Part shown: positions 1 to 9,615 of the stretch, piece after piece
How the letters are laid out: the number at the start of each line of letters is the position of its first letter
Position numbering within the stretch: position 1 is the first letter of the stretch
Assembly: GCA_963828255.1 (NCBI GenBank)
Contig: CAWHDZ010000005.1
Location: 1-15,509 of the forward strand
DNA from: an uncultured delta proteobacterium
GTDB taxonomy: Bacteria; Myxococcota; Myxococcia; Myxococcales; Anaeromyxobacteraceae
Direction: 5' to 3'
Length of the DNA: 15,509 nt
Made by a program: the position numbers and the translations under genes
Notes under the pieces: model-generated
Database searches by the model: none
What the model was told of the DNA's origin: nothing
What the model saw: the letters and a program-made list of their open reading frames with translations, nothing else

Positions 1-2
1 AG

Positions 3-257
3 CGGAAGCGGACCTGGAAGCCCCTCGTGATCATGTCCCTCTGGATCCTGGCGGTCCACTACGTGGACATCTACTGGGTGGTCATGCCCGGCCTCTCCCC
101 GTCGGGCCCGCGCCCCAGCTGGATGGACCTGACCGCCTTCCTGGGCGTGGGCGGGGCCTGCGTCGCCTGGGTGGTCGGCCGGCTGCGCGGCCACTCCATC
201 CTTCCGGCCAGCGATCCGCACCTGGCCGAGTCCCTCCACTACGAGCCCCATCAATGA
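3..257 (+). CDS. actF: Alternative complex III membrane subunit ActF (quinol:cytochrome c oxidoreductase quinone-binding subunit 2), C-terminal part; gene begins before the window
   Basis: The frame is open from base 3 (RKRTWKPLVIMSLWILAVHYVDIYWVVMPG...SWMDLTAFLGVGG...DPHLAESL). The KR...HYxDxYWxVMP...SWxD pattern is typical of ActF C-termini, and the gene sits upstream of actG-like/SCO/cox genes. Confidence 0.75.
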   Translation, partial: RKRTWKPLVIMSLWILAVHYVDIYWVVMPGLSPSGPRPSWMDLTAFLGVGGACVAWVVGRLRGHSILPASDPHLAESLHYEPHQ

Positions 258-625
258 GCGACCCGAGCAATCACGCAACCCGGGCCGAGCCCGATCGCAT
301 CGGCACCCCGCGCATCCTGGCGGTGGGCGCCGCCTCGCTGATCTTCTTCTTCGTGGCCAGCTGGGCCACCATCCGCTACGTCTACGAGCCCACCCGCGCC
401 GGGATGCTCCCCGACGGGCCGGCCGCGCCGCCCTCCGAGATCGGCCGGAACAAGGTCGGCATCGTCGAGCAGCGCCTCTTCGGCCTGGCGGTGGAGCCGG
501 CCGAGTGGCGCGCGCGGCAGGTCGAGCGCCTCACCACCTGGGGCTGGGTGGACCGCAAGGCCGGCGTGGTGCACGTCCCCATCGACGACGCCATGGCCCG
601 CGTGGTCCGTGGAGAGCGACCGTGA
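254..625 (+). CDS. ACIII small single-TM accessory subunit (ActG-like)
   Basis: 123 aa with one hydrophobic segment (ILAVGAASLIFFFVASWATI) and a C-terminal WGWVDRKAGVVHVPIDDAM motif typical of ActG-like proteins. ATGA overlap with the actF stop. Confidence 0.65.
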   Translation: MSDPSNHATRAEPDRIGTPRILAVGAASLIFFFVASWATIRYVYEPTRAGMLPDGPAAPPSEIGRNKVGIVEQRLFGLAVEPAEWRARQVERLTTWGWVDRKAGVVHVPIDDAMARVVRGERP

Positions 626-1431
626 GGCGAGCCACCGCCATCGCCTTGGCCCTCCTCCTGGGCTTCCCCGCCGCCGCACGCGCCGAGGACGACCCCGAGG
701 GGCCGGCCCCGCTCCAGGGCGTGGAGATCGAGGAGAAGCTGAACGCCCAGGTCCCGGTCGGCGCCTCCTTCCTCGATCAGGACGGCAAGCCGGTGCGCAT
801 CGCCGACTTCCTGGGAACGGGCAAGCCGGTCGTGCTGGCGCTCGTCTACTACGAGTGTCCCATGCTCTGCGGGCTCATCCTCGGAGGGATGGCCCGGGGC
901 ATGAAGGAGACCGGCCTCGAGCTGGGCCGCGACTACACCGCCCTCGCCATCTCCTTCGATCCGCGCGAGAAGGCGGCCCAGGGTTTCGTGCGGCAGAAGC
1001 ACTACCTCCAGTCCTTCGACAAGGCCGACCGCAAGGACGTCTGGCCCTTCCTGGTCGGGCAGGAGCAGCAGATCCACCTCGTCACCGACGCGGTCGGCTT
1101 CCACTACAAGTTCGACGAGGAGACCAAGCAGTACGCCCACGGGGCCGCCATCCTGGTGCTCACGCCCGACGGCCGCGTCTCCCGCTACCTCTACGGGGTG
1201 GAGTTCCCCGGGCGTGACCTGCGGCTCGCGCTGGTCGAGGCGGCCGACGGGAAGGTGGGCACCAGCTTCGACCGCTTCCTGCTCACCTGCTACCGCTACG
1301 ACCCGGTGGCGCGGAAGTACGTCCCCTACGCGATGGGGGTGGTGCGGGCTGGCGCCCTCCTCGTCCTCTTCGGCCTCGCCAGCGCGCTCTTCGTGTTCTG
1401 GCGGCGCGAGGCGAAGGGAGCCCGCCGATGA
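622..1431 (+). CDS. SCO1/SenC-family copper chaperone for CuA assembly
   Basis: GTG start at 622 overlaps the previous stop (GTGA), with GGAGAG at 611-616. It has a signal peptide (VRRATAIALALLLGFPAAARA), the CxxxC motif YYECPMLC, a conserved His (YAHG) and a C-terminal TM helix. The ORF-track start at 505 is an over-extension. Confidence 0.9.
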   Translation: MRRATAIALALLLGFPAAARAEDDPEGPAPLQGVEIEEKLNAQVPVGASFLDQDGKPVRIADFLGTGKPVVLALVYYECPMLCGLILGGMARGMKETGLELGRDYTALAISFDPREKAAQGFVRQKHYLQSFDKADRKDVWPFLVGQEQQIHLVTDAVGFHYKFDEETKQYAHGAAILVLTPDGRVSRYLYGVEFPGRDLRLALVEAADGKVGTSFDRFLLTCYRYDPVARKYVPYAMGVVRAGALLVLFGLASALFVFWRREAKGARR

Positions 1432-2475
1432 ACCTGTTGAACGAACTGCTGCGCAAGCTCCTCTTCCTCCCCGCCCAGGCGTCGCAGTGGGCCCGGGAGC
1501 TCGACTACCTCCACTACTTCGTCTTCGTCACCTCCATGCTGGGGGCCTGGACGACGCTGGCCACCGCAACGGTCTTCGTCTTCCGCTACCAGCGCAAGCA
1601 CGCGCAGCAGACCACTCCCATCGTGGATCCCAAGCCCATCCACGAGGCGGTCTTCATCGGCCTGCCGCTCGTGCTCTTCCTCTCCTACTTCGCCATCGGC
1701 TACCCGCAGTACGTCCGCCTGCAGACCCCGCCCAAGGGGGCCATGGACGTCTACGTTCAGGGCAAGAAGTGGATGTGGAAGTTCGCCTACCCGGGTGGCC
1801 CCAACTCCACGGACGTGCTCCGCGTCCCGGCCGGCCGGCCGGTGCGCCTGCTCCTCACCTCGCGGGACGTGATCCACTCCTTCTACGTCCCGGCGCTGCG
1901 CCTCAAGCAGGACGCGCTGCCCGGCCGCTACACCCAGACCTGGTTCAACGCCGACGCGCCCGGCCGCTATCCCATCTTCTGCGCCGAGTACTGCGGCCTG
2001 GGCCACTCGGCCATGCTGGGCGAGCTGGTGGTCATGCCGGCCGCCGAGTGGGACGCCTGGATGGAGCAGCAGCGGCGCGGCAGCCAGCCCCTGGCCCAGG
2101 ACGGCCGGCCGGTGGGGATCGAGAACGAGGACCTGCGCGGCAGCCTGGTCGAGCAGGGGCGGCGCATCGCCGCGGTGCAGGGCTGCTTCAAGTGCCACAC
2201 CGTGGACGGCACCCAGCACATCGGGCCGACCTGGCTCGACCTCTCCGGCCGCTCCGTGAAGCTGGAGGGCGGGAAGACCATCGTGGCCGACGAGGCCTAC
2301 CTGACCCGCTCCATGATGGAGCCCAACGCCGAGGTGGTGGCCGGATACAAGGACAAGGCGGTCATGCCCACCTACCAGGGCAAGCTCGCCGCCCCCGACG
2401 CCGCCGCCATCACCGAGTTCATCAAGTCCCTGCGGACGGACGCTCCGACCGCCGAGCCGCAGAAGGGTCCCATCT

Positions 2476-2498
<23 letters not shown>
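1428..2498 (+). CDS. coxB: Cytochrome c oxidase subunit II with fused C-terminal cytochrome c domain (caa3-type)
   Basis: Two TM helices, aromatic KWMWKFAY strip, DVIHSF and CAEYCGLGHSAM CuA ligands, C-terminal heme c motif CFKCH (2184-2198) and distal VMP Met. ATGA overlap with SCO. Confidence 0.95.
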
Positions 2499-4102
<1,604 letters not shown>

Positions 4103-4113
<11 letters not shown>

Positions 4114-4750
4114 CGCCGTCGCGGCGCCCTCCCGGCTCGCCCACCACTTCCCGGACATGAAGACGCAGGAGCACGCCGCCCGCATGGGGATGTGGCTCTT
4201 CCTGGCCACGGAGATCCTGCTCTTCGCCGTGCTCTTCACCGCCTACGCGGTCTACCGGTACCTCTTCCCGCAAGGGTTCGACGAGGCCAGCAAGCTGGCT
4301 CACGTCGCCATGGGCGCGACCAACACGGTGGTGCTCATCACCTCGTCGCTCACCGTGGCGCTGGCCATCCACCACGCCCGCCGGGGCGAGAACCGGAAGG
4401 TGGTCGGGCTGCTCGCCGTCACCATCCTCGCCGGCGCCGTGTTCATGGTGCTGAAGGGCTTCGAGTACCACCACCACTGGGTCGACGGGCAGCTCCCCGG
4501 ACGCCTCTACCACTACGCCGGCCTCCAGGGGCCGGGCGTGAGCATGTACTTCACCATCTACTTCCTCATGACCGGGCTGCACGGGCTCCACGTGCTCATC
4601 GGCATGAGCGTGCTCGGGTGGGTGGCCTGGCGCGCCGGCCGCGGTGAGTTCGGCCCGGCCTACTCGACGCCGGTCGAGCTCTCCGGGCTCTACTGGCACC
4701 TGGTGGACCTGATCTGGATCTTCCTCTTCCCGCTGCTGTACTTGATGTGA
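4103..4750 (+). CDS. Cytochrome c oxidase subunit III (short form, about 5 TM helices)
   Basis: 215 aa with GMWLFLATE, NTVVLITSS, YFLMTGLHGLHV and YWHLVDLIWIFLFPLLY motifs. Confidence 0.93.
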
Positions 4751-4760
4751 GGGTGCGCCC

Positions 4761-5198
4761 GTGACCGCCACGACCCAAAGTGAAGGAAAGCACCTCGGCC
4801 CGGTCCACTACGTCCTTGTCTGGGCTGCGCTCATGGTGCTGACCGGAGTGACGCTCGCCGTCTGGAAGGCCGACCTGTCCCACTCCGGACGGGTGGTGGC
4901 GGCGCTCGCCATCGCCACCGTCAAGGCGGCGCTGGTCGCCGTCTTCTTCATGCACCTCTGGGAGGAGCAGGGGATCGCCCGTCTCGTGCTGGTGGTCTCG
5001 ACGCTTTTCGTGGCGCTGCTCATCGGGCTCACCCTCATCGACAACATGACCCGCTTCCCGTACACGAACCCGCCCTATTCCGCGTCGTGGACCGACGAGC
5101 CCTGGCAGAGGGACGCGCCGCCCATGCAGGCTGAACCGGCCCCGGTGAAGGTCACCCCCGCGGCGCGCCAGGAGCACCCGGCGGTGCACAAGCCGTAG
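4761..5198 (+). CDS. Prokaryotic cytochrome c oxidase subunit IV family protein
   Basis: GTG start, three TM helices, IATVKAALVAVFFMHL motif, Pro/Ala-rich tail. Last gene of the cox run. Confidence 0.88.
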   Translation: MTATTQSEGKHLGPVHYVLVWAALMVLTGVTLAVWKADLSHSGRVVAALAIATVKAALVAVFFMHLWEEQGIARLVLVVSTLFVALLIGLTLIDNMTRFPYTNPPYSASWTDEPWQRDAPPMQAEPAPVKVTPAARQEHPAVHKP

Positions 5199-5315
5199 GC
5201 GCAGATCATGCGTCTCTCGCCCCTGCGAGTCCAGCCTTGGAGGGAGGGATGGGCGGGGGACAAAGCTTGGAACCCCTCGGACCCCCTCGTGTTCACCCCG
5301 CGGCGTGCGCCCGGA

Positions 5316-5329
5316 TGGATCCAGATCAA
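5316..5329. promoter_or_regulatory. Putative FNR/CRP-family binding site upstream of the regulator gene
   Basis: TGGAT-CCAG-ATCAA matches TTGAT-N4-ATCAA at 9/10. The ATCAA half-site is retained in the second copy (11317-11330, TCAAT-CGAG-ATCAA). Confidence 0.45.
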
Positions 5330-5336
5330 GTCGAAT

Positions 5337-5349
5337 CGCAACCGTTGCG
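5337..5349. promoter_or_regulatory. Perfect palindrome CGCAAC-C-GTTGCG, candidate operator
   Basis: Perfect 6-bp inverted repeat with a 1-bp spacer. It is identical in the second copy (11338-11350) although the nearby intergenic DNA is diverged. Confidence 0.4.
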
Positions 5350-5382
5350 CGATCTCGTCCGATTCGCGCCTGAAATCGAGCG

Positions 5383-6789
5383 GTGCGCGAATTGCAGTCG
5401 CCCGCCCTCGTGGCGACCGAACGAGTCCTCATCCTCGATGCAGACACCGCCCAGCGCGCCGAGCTGGCCGTGTCGCTGCGCCAGGACGGCCTCGAGGTCG
5501 TCGAGGCCGCCACCGCCGAGCACGCCGTCGAGATCCTGCGCGCCACCCCGGTCCAGGGAGTGCTGTGCGGCGCCAGTGCCGCCGGCTGGAGCTGCGCGGC
5601 GGTGATCTCGCTCGCCCGCGCCAACGGTTCCGACGCGGCCTTCGTCGTGACCTGCCGGCGGGAAGAGGTCGGCGGGGCCATCGAGGCCTTGCGCAGCGGG
5701 GCCGACGCCTACATCGTCCTCCCCGACGACCCGGTTCGCGCCGCCGTGGTCGTCCAGCGTGCGCTCGAGAAGAGGCGCATGCGCCGGGAGGCCCGGGACC
5801 TCCGCGACCAGGCCCGGGCCCGGCTGCGCTTCGTGGGGGCCACGCCCGACGCCTCGGTCGTCGAGGAGATCGTCCGGCGTGCCGCGCCCACCAAGGCCAC
5901 CGTGCTCCTGCAGGGAGAGGCCGGCACCGGGCGGTCGTTCGTCGCCGAGATGATCCACGAGGCCTCGCCCCGCCGCGACCGCCCCTTCGCCCGCGCCGGC
6001 TGCGTCGGCCTGTCCGAGAGCCTGCTGGAGGTGCGCCTCTTCGGGAGCGACGGCGGCACGGTGGGCGACTCCCCGCGCCGCCGCGAGGGGCTGCTCGAGC
6101 GGGTGGACGGCGGCACGCTCTACCTGCACGAGGTGAGCAGCCTCTCCCCGTCACTTCAAGTGAAGCTCCTGCGCCTGCTCCAGCAGGGGGAGTTCGAGCG
6201 GGTGGGGGGCAGCCGGACCTTGCGGGCCGACGTGCGCGTGGTGGCCTCGACCCGGCTCGACCTGGCCGAGGAGGTCCGCTCGGGCCGCTTCCGCGACGAC
6301 CTCTACTACCGGTTGAACGTGGTCTCCCTCTCCCTGCCGCCGCTGCGCGCCCGGAAGGGCGACATCCCCGCGCTGGCCTCCCACTTCCTCTCCGTCCACG
6401 GCCGCGCCCTGGGCAAGACGCTCCGGGCCATCTCCCCCGGGGCGCTGTCGGCCCTCTTCGCCTACGACTGGCCGGGCAACGTGCGCGAGCTGGAGACCGC
6501 CATCGCCCAGGCGGCCGAGGGCTGCCGGGGAGATCTGGTGGGGATCGACGACCTGCCCACCGTGCTCCGCGGCGCCCGCCCCGACGAGGGAGCCGGCAGC
6601 GCGCTCATCCCGGGGGCGAGCCTCTTCGAGATCGAGCGGGAGGCCATCCTGCGCACGCTCGACGCGGTGGGTGGCTCGACCGCCCGCGCCGCCGAGATGC
6701 TGGGCGTCTCGGTGCGCAAGATCCAGTACCGGTTGAAGGAGTACAGGACGGGTCACCACAGCCCCCGCCCCCGGGCGAACGAGGCGTAG
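5383..6789 (+). CDS. Atypical NtrC/Fis-family regulator (pseudo-receiver, degenerate sigma54-type AAA+ domain, Fis HTH)
   Basis: 468 aa, GTG start. The bEBP scaffold is intact (LQVKLLRLLQ, DVRVVAST, GRFRDDLYYRLNVV, LPPLR, WPGNVREL, HTH ARAAEMLGVSVRKIQYRL). Walker A reads GEAGTGRS, the GAFTGA position reads LFGSDGGTVGDS, Walker B reads LYLHE, and the receiver phospho-Asp position reads GVLCG. Confidence 0.9.
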   Translation: MRELQSPALVATERVLILDADTAQRAELAVSLRQDGLEVVEAATAEHAVEILRATPVQGVLCGASAAGWSCAAVISLARANGSDAAFVVTCRREEVGGAIEALRSGADAYIVLPDDPVRAAVVVQRALEKRRMRREARDLRDQARARLRFVGATPDASVVEEIVRRAAPTKATVLLQGEAGTGRSFVAEMIHEASPRRDRPFARAGCVGLSESLLEVRLFGSDGGTVGDSPRRREGLLERVDGGTLYLHEVSSLSPSLQVKLLRLLQQGEFERVGGSRTLRADVRVVASTRLDLAEEVRSGRFRDDLYYRLNVVSLSLPPLRARKGDIPALASHFLSVHGRALGKTLRAISPGALSALFAYDWPGNVRELETAIAQAAEGCRGDLVGIDDLPTVLRGARPDEGAGSALIPGASLFEIEREAILRTLDAVGGSTARAAEMLGVSVRKIQYRLKEYRTGHHSPRPRANEA

Positions 6790-6813
6790 GACGGATGCTC
6801 TGGTGGAGCGTGC

Positions 6814-6855
6814 ATGATCCCAATCAATCCCGCCCCGGCCGCCGCCCCGTAGTGT
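6814..6855 (+). promoter_or_regulatory. Putative class II FNR/CRP-family dependent promoter of the cytochrome c / Fe-S / NrfD operon
   Basis: ATGAT-CCCA-ATCAA at 6814-6827 (9/10 to the FNR consensus). TAGTGT at 6850-6855 lies exactly where a -10 hexamer is expected for a box centred at -41.5. The box is conserved in copy 2 (12810-12823). Confidence 0.6.
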
Positions 6856-6895
6856 GAAGGCCCTCAGCGATTCACGCGGAGACCGAGGAGTCCGA

Positions 6896-7393
6896 ATGAA
6901 ATTCCCCAGCTGGCGAGCGCTCCTGCCCCTCGCCTCCGCGTTGCTGGCGGCGCCTATCCTGGCCGCCAGCCAGGACATCCAGGCCCAGCCGCCCCCCTTC
7001 ACCGAGGGGATCTTTCCCTGCTCGCAGTGCCACGACAAGGCCGGCGACCCCGCGCCGCGGCAGCTGGCCTTCCACGACGAGATCCAGGGCGGGTTCAAGC
7101 ACGGGGCGCCGGACCGCTGGTGCCTGGAGTGCCACGACAACGCGAAGCGCGACTTCCTGCACCTCATCAACGGCAAGAAGGTGCCGTTCACCGAGTCCTA
7201 CGAGCTCTGCGGCCAGTGTCACGGCGACAAGTACCGCGACTGGAAGGTCGGGGTGCACGGCAAGCGCATCGGGATGTGGAACGGGAAGAAGACCTATTAC
7301 CTCTGCGTGAACTGCCACAATCCCCACAACCCGCGGTTCAGTGCGCTCAAGCCCGAGCCGCCGCCGATCCCGCCGCAGGAGCAGGGCCGATGA
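6896..7393 (+). CDS. Periplasmic tetraheme cytochrome c (CbcS-like subunit of a putative quinol oxidoreductase)
   Basis: ATG at 6896 after RBS GAGGAG (6885-6890). Sec signal MKFPSWRALLPLASALLAAPILA and four CxxCH motifs: CSQCH, CLECH, CGQCH, CVNCH. Confidence 0.88.
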   Translation: MKFPSWRALLPLASALLAAPILAASQDIQAQPPPFTEGIFPCSQCHDKAGDPAPRQLAFHDEIQGGFKHGAPDRWCLECHDNAKRDFLHLINGKKVPFTESYELCGQCHGDKYRDWKVGVHGKRIGMWNGKKTYYLCVNCHNPHNPRFSALKPEPPPIPPQEQGR

Positions 7394-8334
7394 GCCACCG
7401 GAACCGTCTTCCCGTCATCCAGGACGCGCCCGGGGAGGCCGAGGGAGCCGGCACGTCCCGCCGCGACTTCCTCCGCAACGCCGCGGCCGGGGCGGTCCTC
7501 GCAGCGGTGGCCGGGTGCAAGCCCGAGGCGGTGGTCGAGGAGCTGCAGCGCCGCCACCTGAGCGAGCTCTCCCCCCAGCGGCTCCAGGAGATGCTTTCCA
7601 AGCTCGAAAAGAAGTGGTCGGCCCAGTTCGGCAAGCCGGTCACCGTCGGCGCCCGGCCGCCCATTCCCGGCGTGGACTTCGCCTACGGCCTCGACCTCTC
7701 GCGCTGCATCGGCTGCCGCCGCTGCGTGTACGCCTGCGTGAAGGAGAACAACCAGTCCCGCAAGAACCCCCAGATCCAGTGGATCCGGGTCCTGCAGATG
7801 GACAAGGAGCACGGGGTCTCGCTGCAGCACGCCACGCCCTACTACGACCCGGAGAAGGTCCCCGAGGCGGCCCACTTCTACATGCCGGTGCAGTGCCAGC
7901 AGTGCCGCCACCCGCCCTGCACCAAGGTCTGCCCGGTCAAGGCCACCTGGAAGGAGCCCGACGGCATCGTGGTCATCGACTACGACTGGTGCATCGGCTG
8001 CCGCTGCTGCACCGCCGCCTGCCCCTACGGCGCCCGCAAGTTCAACTGGGCCGAGCCCAACCTGCCGGCCGCCGAGATGAACCCGGTCACCGACTACCTG
8101 GGCAACCGGCCCCGCCCCATGGGCGTGGTCGAGAAGTGCACCTTCTGCCTGCAGCGCAGCCGCGAGGGGCGCTACCCGGCCTGCGTGGAGATCTGCCCGG
8201 TGGGCGCCCGCAAGTTCGGCAACCTCCTCGACCCGGAATCGGAGATCCGCCAGGTGATGGACCGCAAGCGCGTGTTCGTCTTCAAGGAGGAGCTCGCGAC
8301 CGAGCCGCAGTTCTACTTCTTCTACGCGACCTAG
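7390..8334 (+). CDS. 4x[4Fe-4S] electron-transfer subunit (NrfC/DsrO/CbcT-like), Tat-exported lipoprotein
   Basis: ATG at 7390 overlaps the previous stop (ATGA). Twin-arginine SRRDFL, lipobox VAGC, and Cys groups [37 protein letters not shown] and KCTFC...PACVEICP. Confidence 0.9.
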   Translation: MSHRNRLPVIQDAPGEAEGAGTSRRDFLRNAAAGAVLAAVAGCKPEAVVEELQRRHLSELSPQRLQEMLSKLEKKWSAQFGKPVTVGARPPIPGVDFAYGLDLSRCIGCRRCVYACVKENNQSRKNPQIQWIRVLQMDKEHGVSLQHATPYYDPEKVPEAAHFYMPVQCQQCRHPPCTKVCPVKATWKEPDGIVVIDYDWCIGCRCCTAACPYGARKFNWAEPNLPAAEMNPVTDYLGNRPRPMGVVEKCTFCLQRSREGRYPACVEICPVGARKFGNLLDPESEIRQVMDRKRVFVFKEELATEPQFYFFYAT

Positions 8335-8352
8335 CGGCCGGGGGAACGCACC

Positions 8353-9594
8353 ATGGGAATCCTCGAGTTCTTGAAGGGCGCGGCGGGGCAGGTGGTCTCC
8401 GGCGGCAAGGCCTACAAGGCCTGGATGGCGCTGCTGGTCGTGATGATCGGGGTGGGGCTGGTGGGCTACTCGCGCCAGTGGAACCAGGGGCTGCTCGCCA
8501 CCAACATGCGCGACCAGGTCACCTGGGCCTTCTACATCGGCAACTTCACCTTCCTGGTGGGGGTGGCCGCGGCCGCCGTGCTGCTGGTCGTGCCGGCCTA
8601 CGTCTACCACTGGAAGCCCATCAAGGAGGTGGTGGTGCTGGGCGAGCTGCTCGCCATCAGCGCCCTCATCATGTGCCTCATGTTCATCCTGGTGGACATG
8701 GGGCGCCCCGACCGGCTCACCCACATCATGCCCGGGCCCGGCAAGCCCAACTGGCCCCAGTCGATGCTCTCCTGGGACGCGCTGGTGCTGAACCTTTATT
8801 TGATATTGAACCTGGTGGTGGTGCTTCACATCCTCTACCGCGGCTACCGCGGGAAGGAGTACGCGAAGTGGTTCGTGGTGCCGCTGGTGCTCTTCAGCAT
8901 CCCGGCGGCGGTGGGCATCCACACCGTCACTGCGTTCCTCTACGCCGGCATGGCGGCCCGACCCTACTGGAACGCCGGGATCCTGGCGCCCAAGTTCATC
9001 GCCTCGGCCTTCTGCTCGGGGCCGGCGGTGATGATCATCCTCTTCCAGATCCTGCGGAAGACCACCGCCATCGAGATCAAGGACGAGGCCATCTGGAAGG
9101 TGGCCGAGCTCATGGCCTACGCCATGTTCTTCAACCTGTTCCTGCTCGGCGCCGAGATCTTCAAGGAGTACTACTCCCGCACCGAGCACCTGCTCTACAC
9201 GCAGTACCTCTGGCAGGGCATCGGGAACAACCGGGCGCTCGTCCCGTTCGCCTGGTTCTCGCTCCTCAGCTCGGTGATGGCCACCATCATCTTCGTGGTG
9301 CCCGCCGGCCGCCGGAACTGGGTGACGTTGAACATCGGCGCGGTGCTCATCTTCGCCGGCGTCTACATCGAGAAGGGGATGGGGCTCGTCATCCCCGGCA
9401 TGACGCCGGACACCCTGGGCGAGATCTACGAGTACCGGCCCTCTGCGGTGGAGTGGATGGTGGCCATCGGGGTCTTCGGAGTAGGGGCGCTGGTGTTCAC
9501 GACCCTGGTGAACGTGGCCGTGCCCATCATGACGGGGACGCTCCGGGCGAAGGGTGCGCCGGTGACGCCCCTGGGGGCGGAGGCGGCGCACTGA
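8353..9594 (+). CDS. NrfD/PsrC/DsrP-family polytopic membrane quinol-interacting subunit (CbcU-like)
   Basis: 413 aa with about 10 hydrophobic segments. Motifs [44 protein letters not shown] and YRPSAVEW. Confidence 0.9.
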   Translation: MGILEFLKGAAGQVVSGGKAYKAWMALLVVMIGVGLVGYSRQWNQGLLATNMRDQVTWAFYIGNFTFLVGVAAAAVLLVVPAYVYHWKPIKEVVVLGELLAISALIMCLMFILVDMGRPDRLTHIMPGPGKPNWPQSMLSWDALVLNLYLILNLVVVLHILYRGYRGKEYAKWFVVPLVLFSIPAAVGIHTVTAFLYAGMAARPYWNAGILAPKFIASAFCSGPAVMIILFQILRKTTAIEIKDEAIWKVAELMAYAMFFNLFLLGAEIFKEYYSRTEHLLYTQYLWQGIGNNRALVPFAWFSLLSSVMATIIFVVPAGRRNWVTLNIGAVLIFAGVYIEKGMGLVIPGMTPDTLGEIYEYRPSAVEWMVAIGVFGVGALVFTTLVNVAVPIMTGTLRAKGAPVTPLGAEAAH

Positions 9595-9597
9595 GGG

Positions 9598-9615
9598 GAG
9601 GGCGGCGTTGCCCTC
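9598..9615. terminator. Possible hairpin between convergent genes
   Basis: GAGGGC-GGCGTT-GCCCTC immediately after the NrfD stop and overlapping the stop of the convergent gene. There is no U-tract. Confidence 0.25.

Larger units (their letters stand above)
5204..9468 (+). repeat. Copy 1 (intact) of a direct repeat of about 4.3 kb
   Basis: Colinear with about 11197-15509. Example anchors: 5641/11641, 6601/12604, 9421/15462. Confidence 0.92.

Noticed and set aside
5199..6895. Sigma54 (-24/-12, TGGCAC-N5-TTGC) promoter expected near a bEBP gene
   Set aside because: I found no convincing match by eye in either intergenic region (5199-5382, 6790-6895).
6854..6895. Upstream GTG start (6854) for the cytochrome c
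   Set aside because: It overlaps the predicted -10 region. ATG 6896 has a strong RBS, gives a proper signal peptide and is conserved in copy 2.
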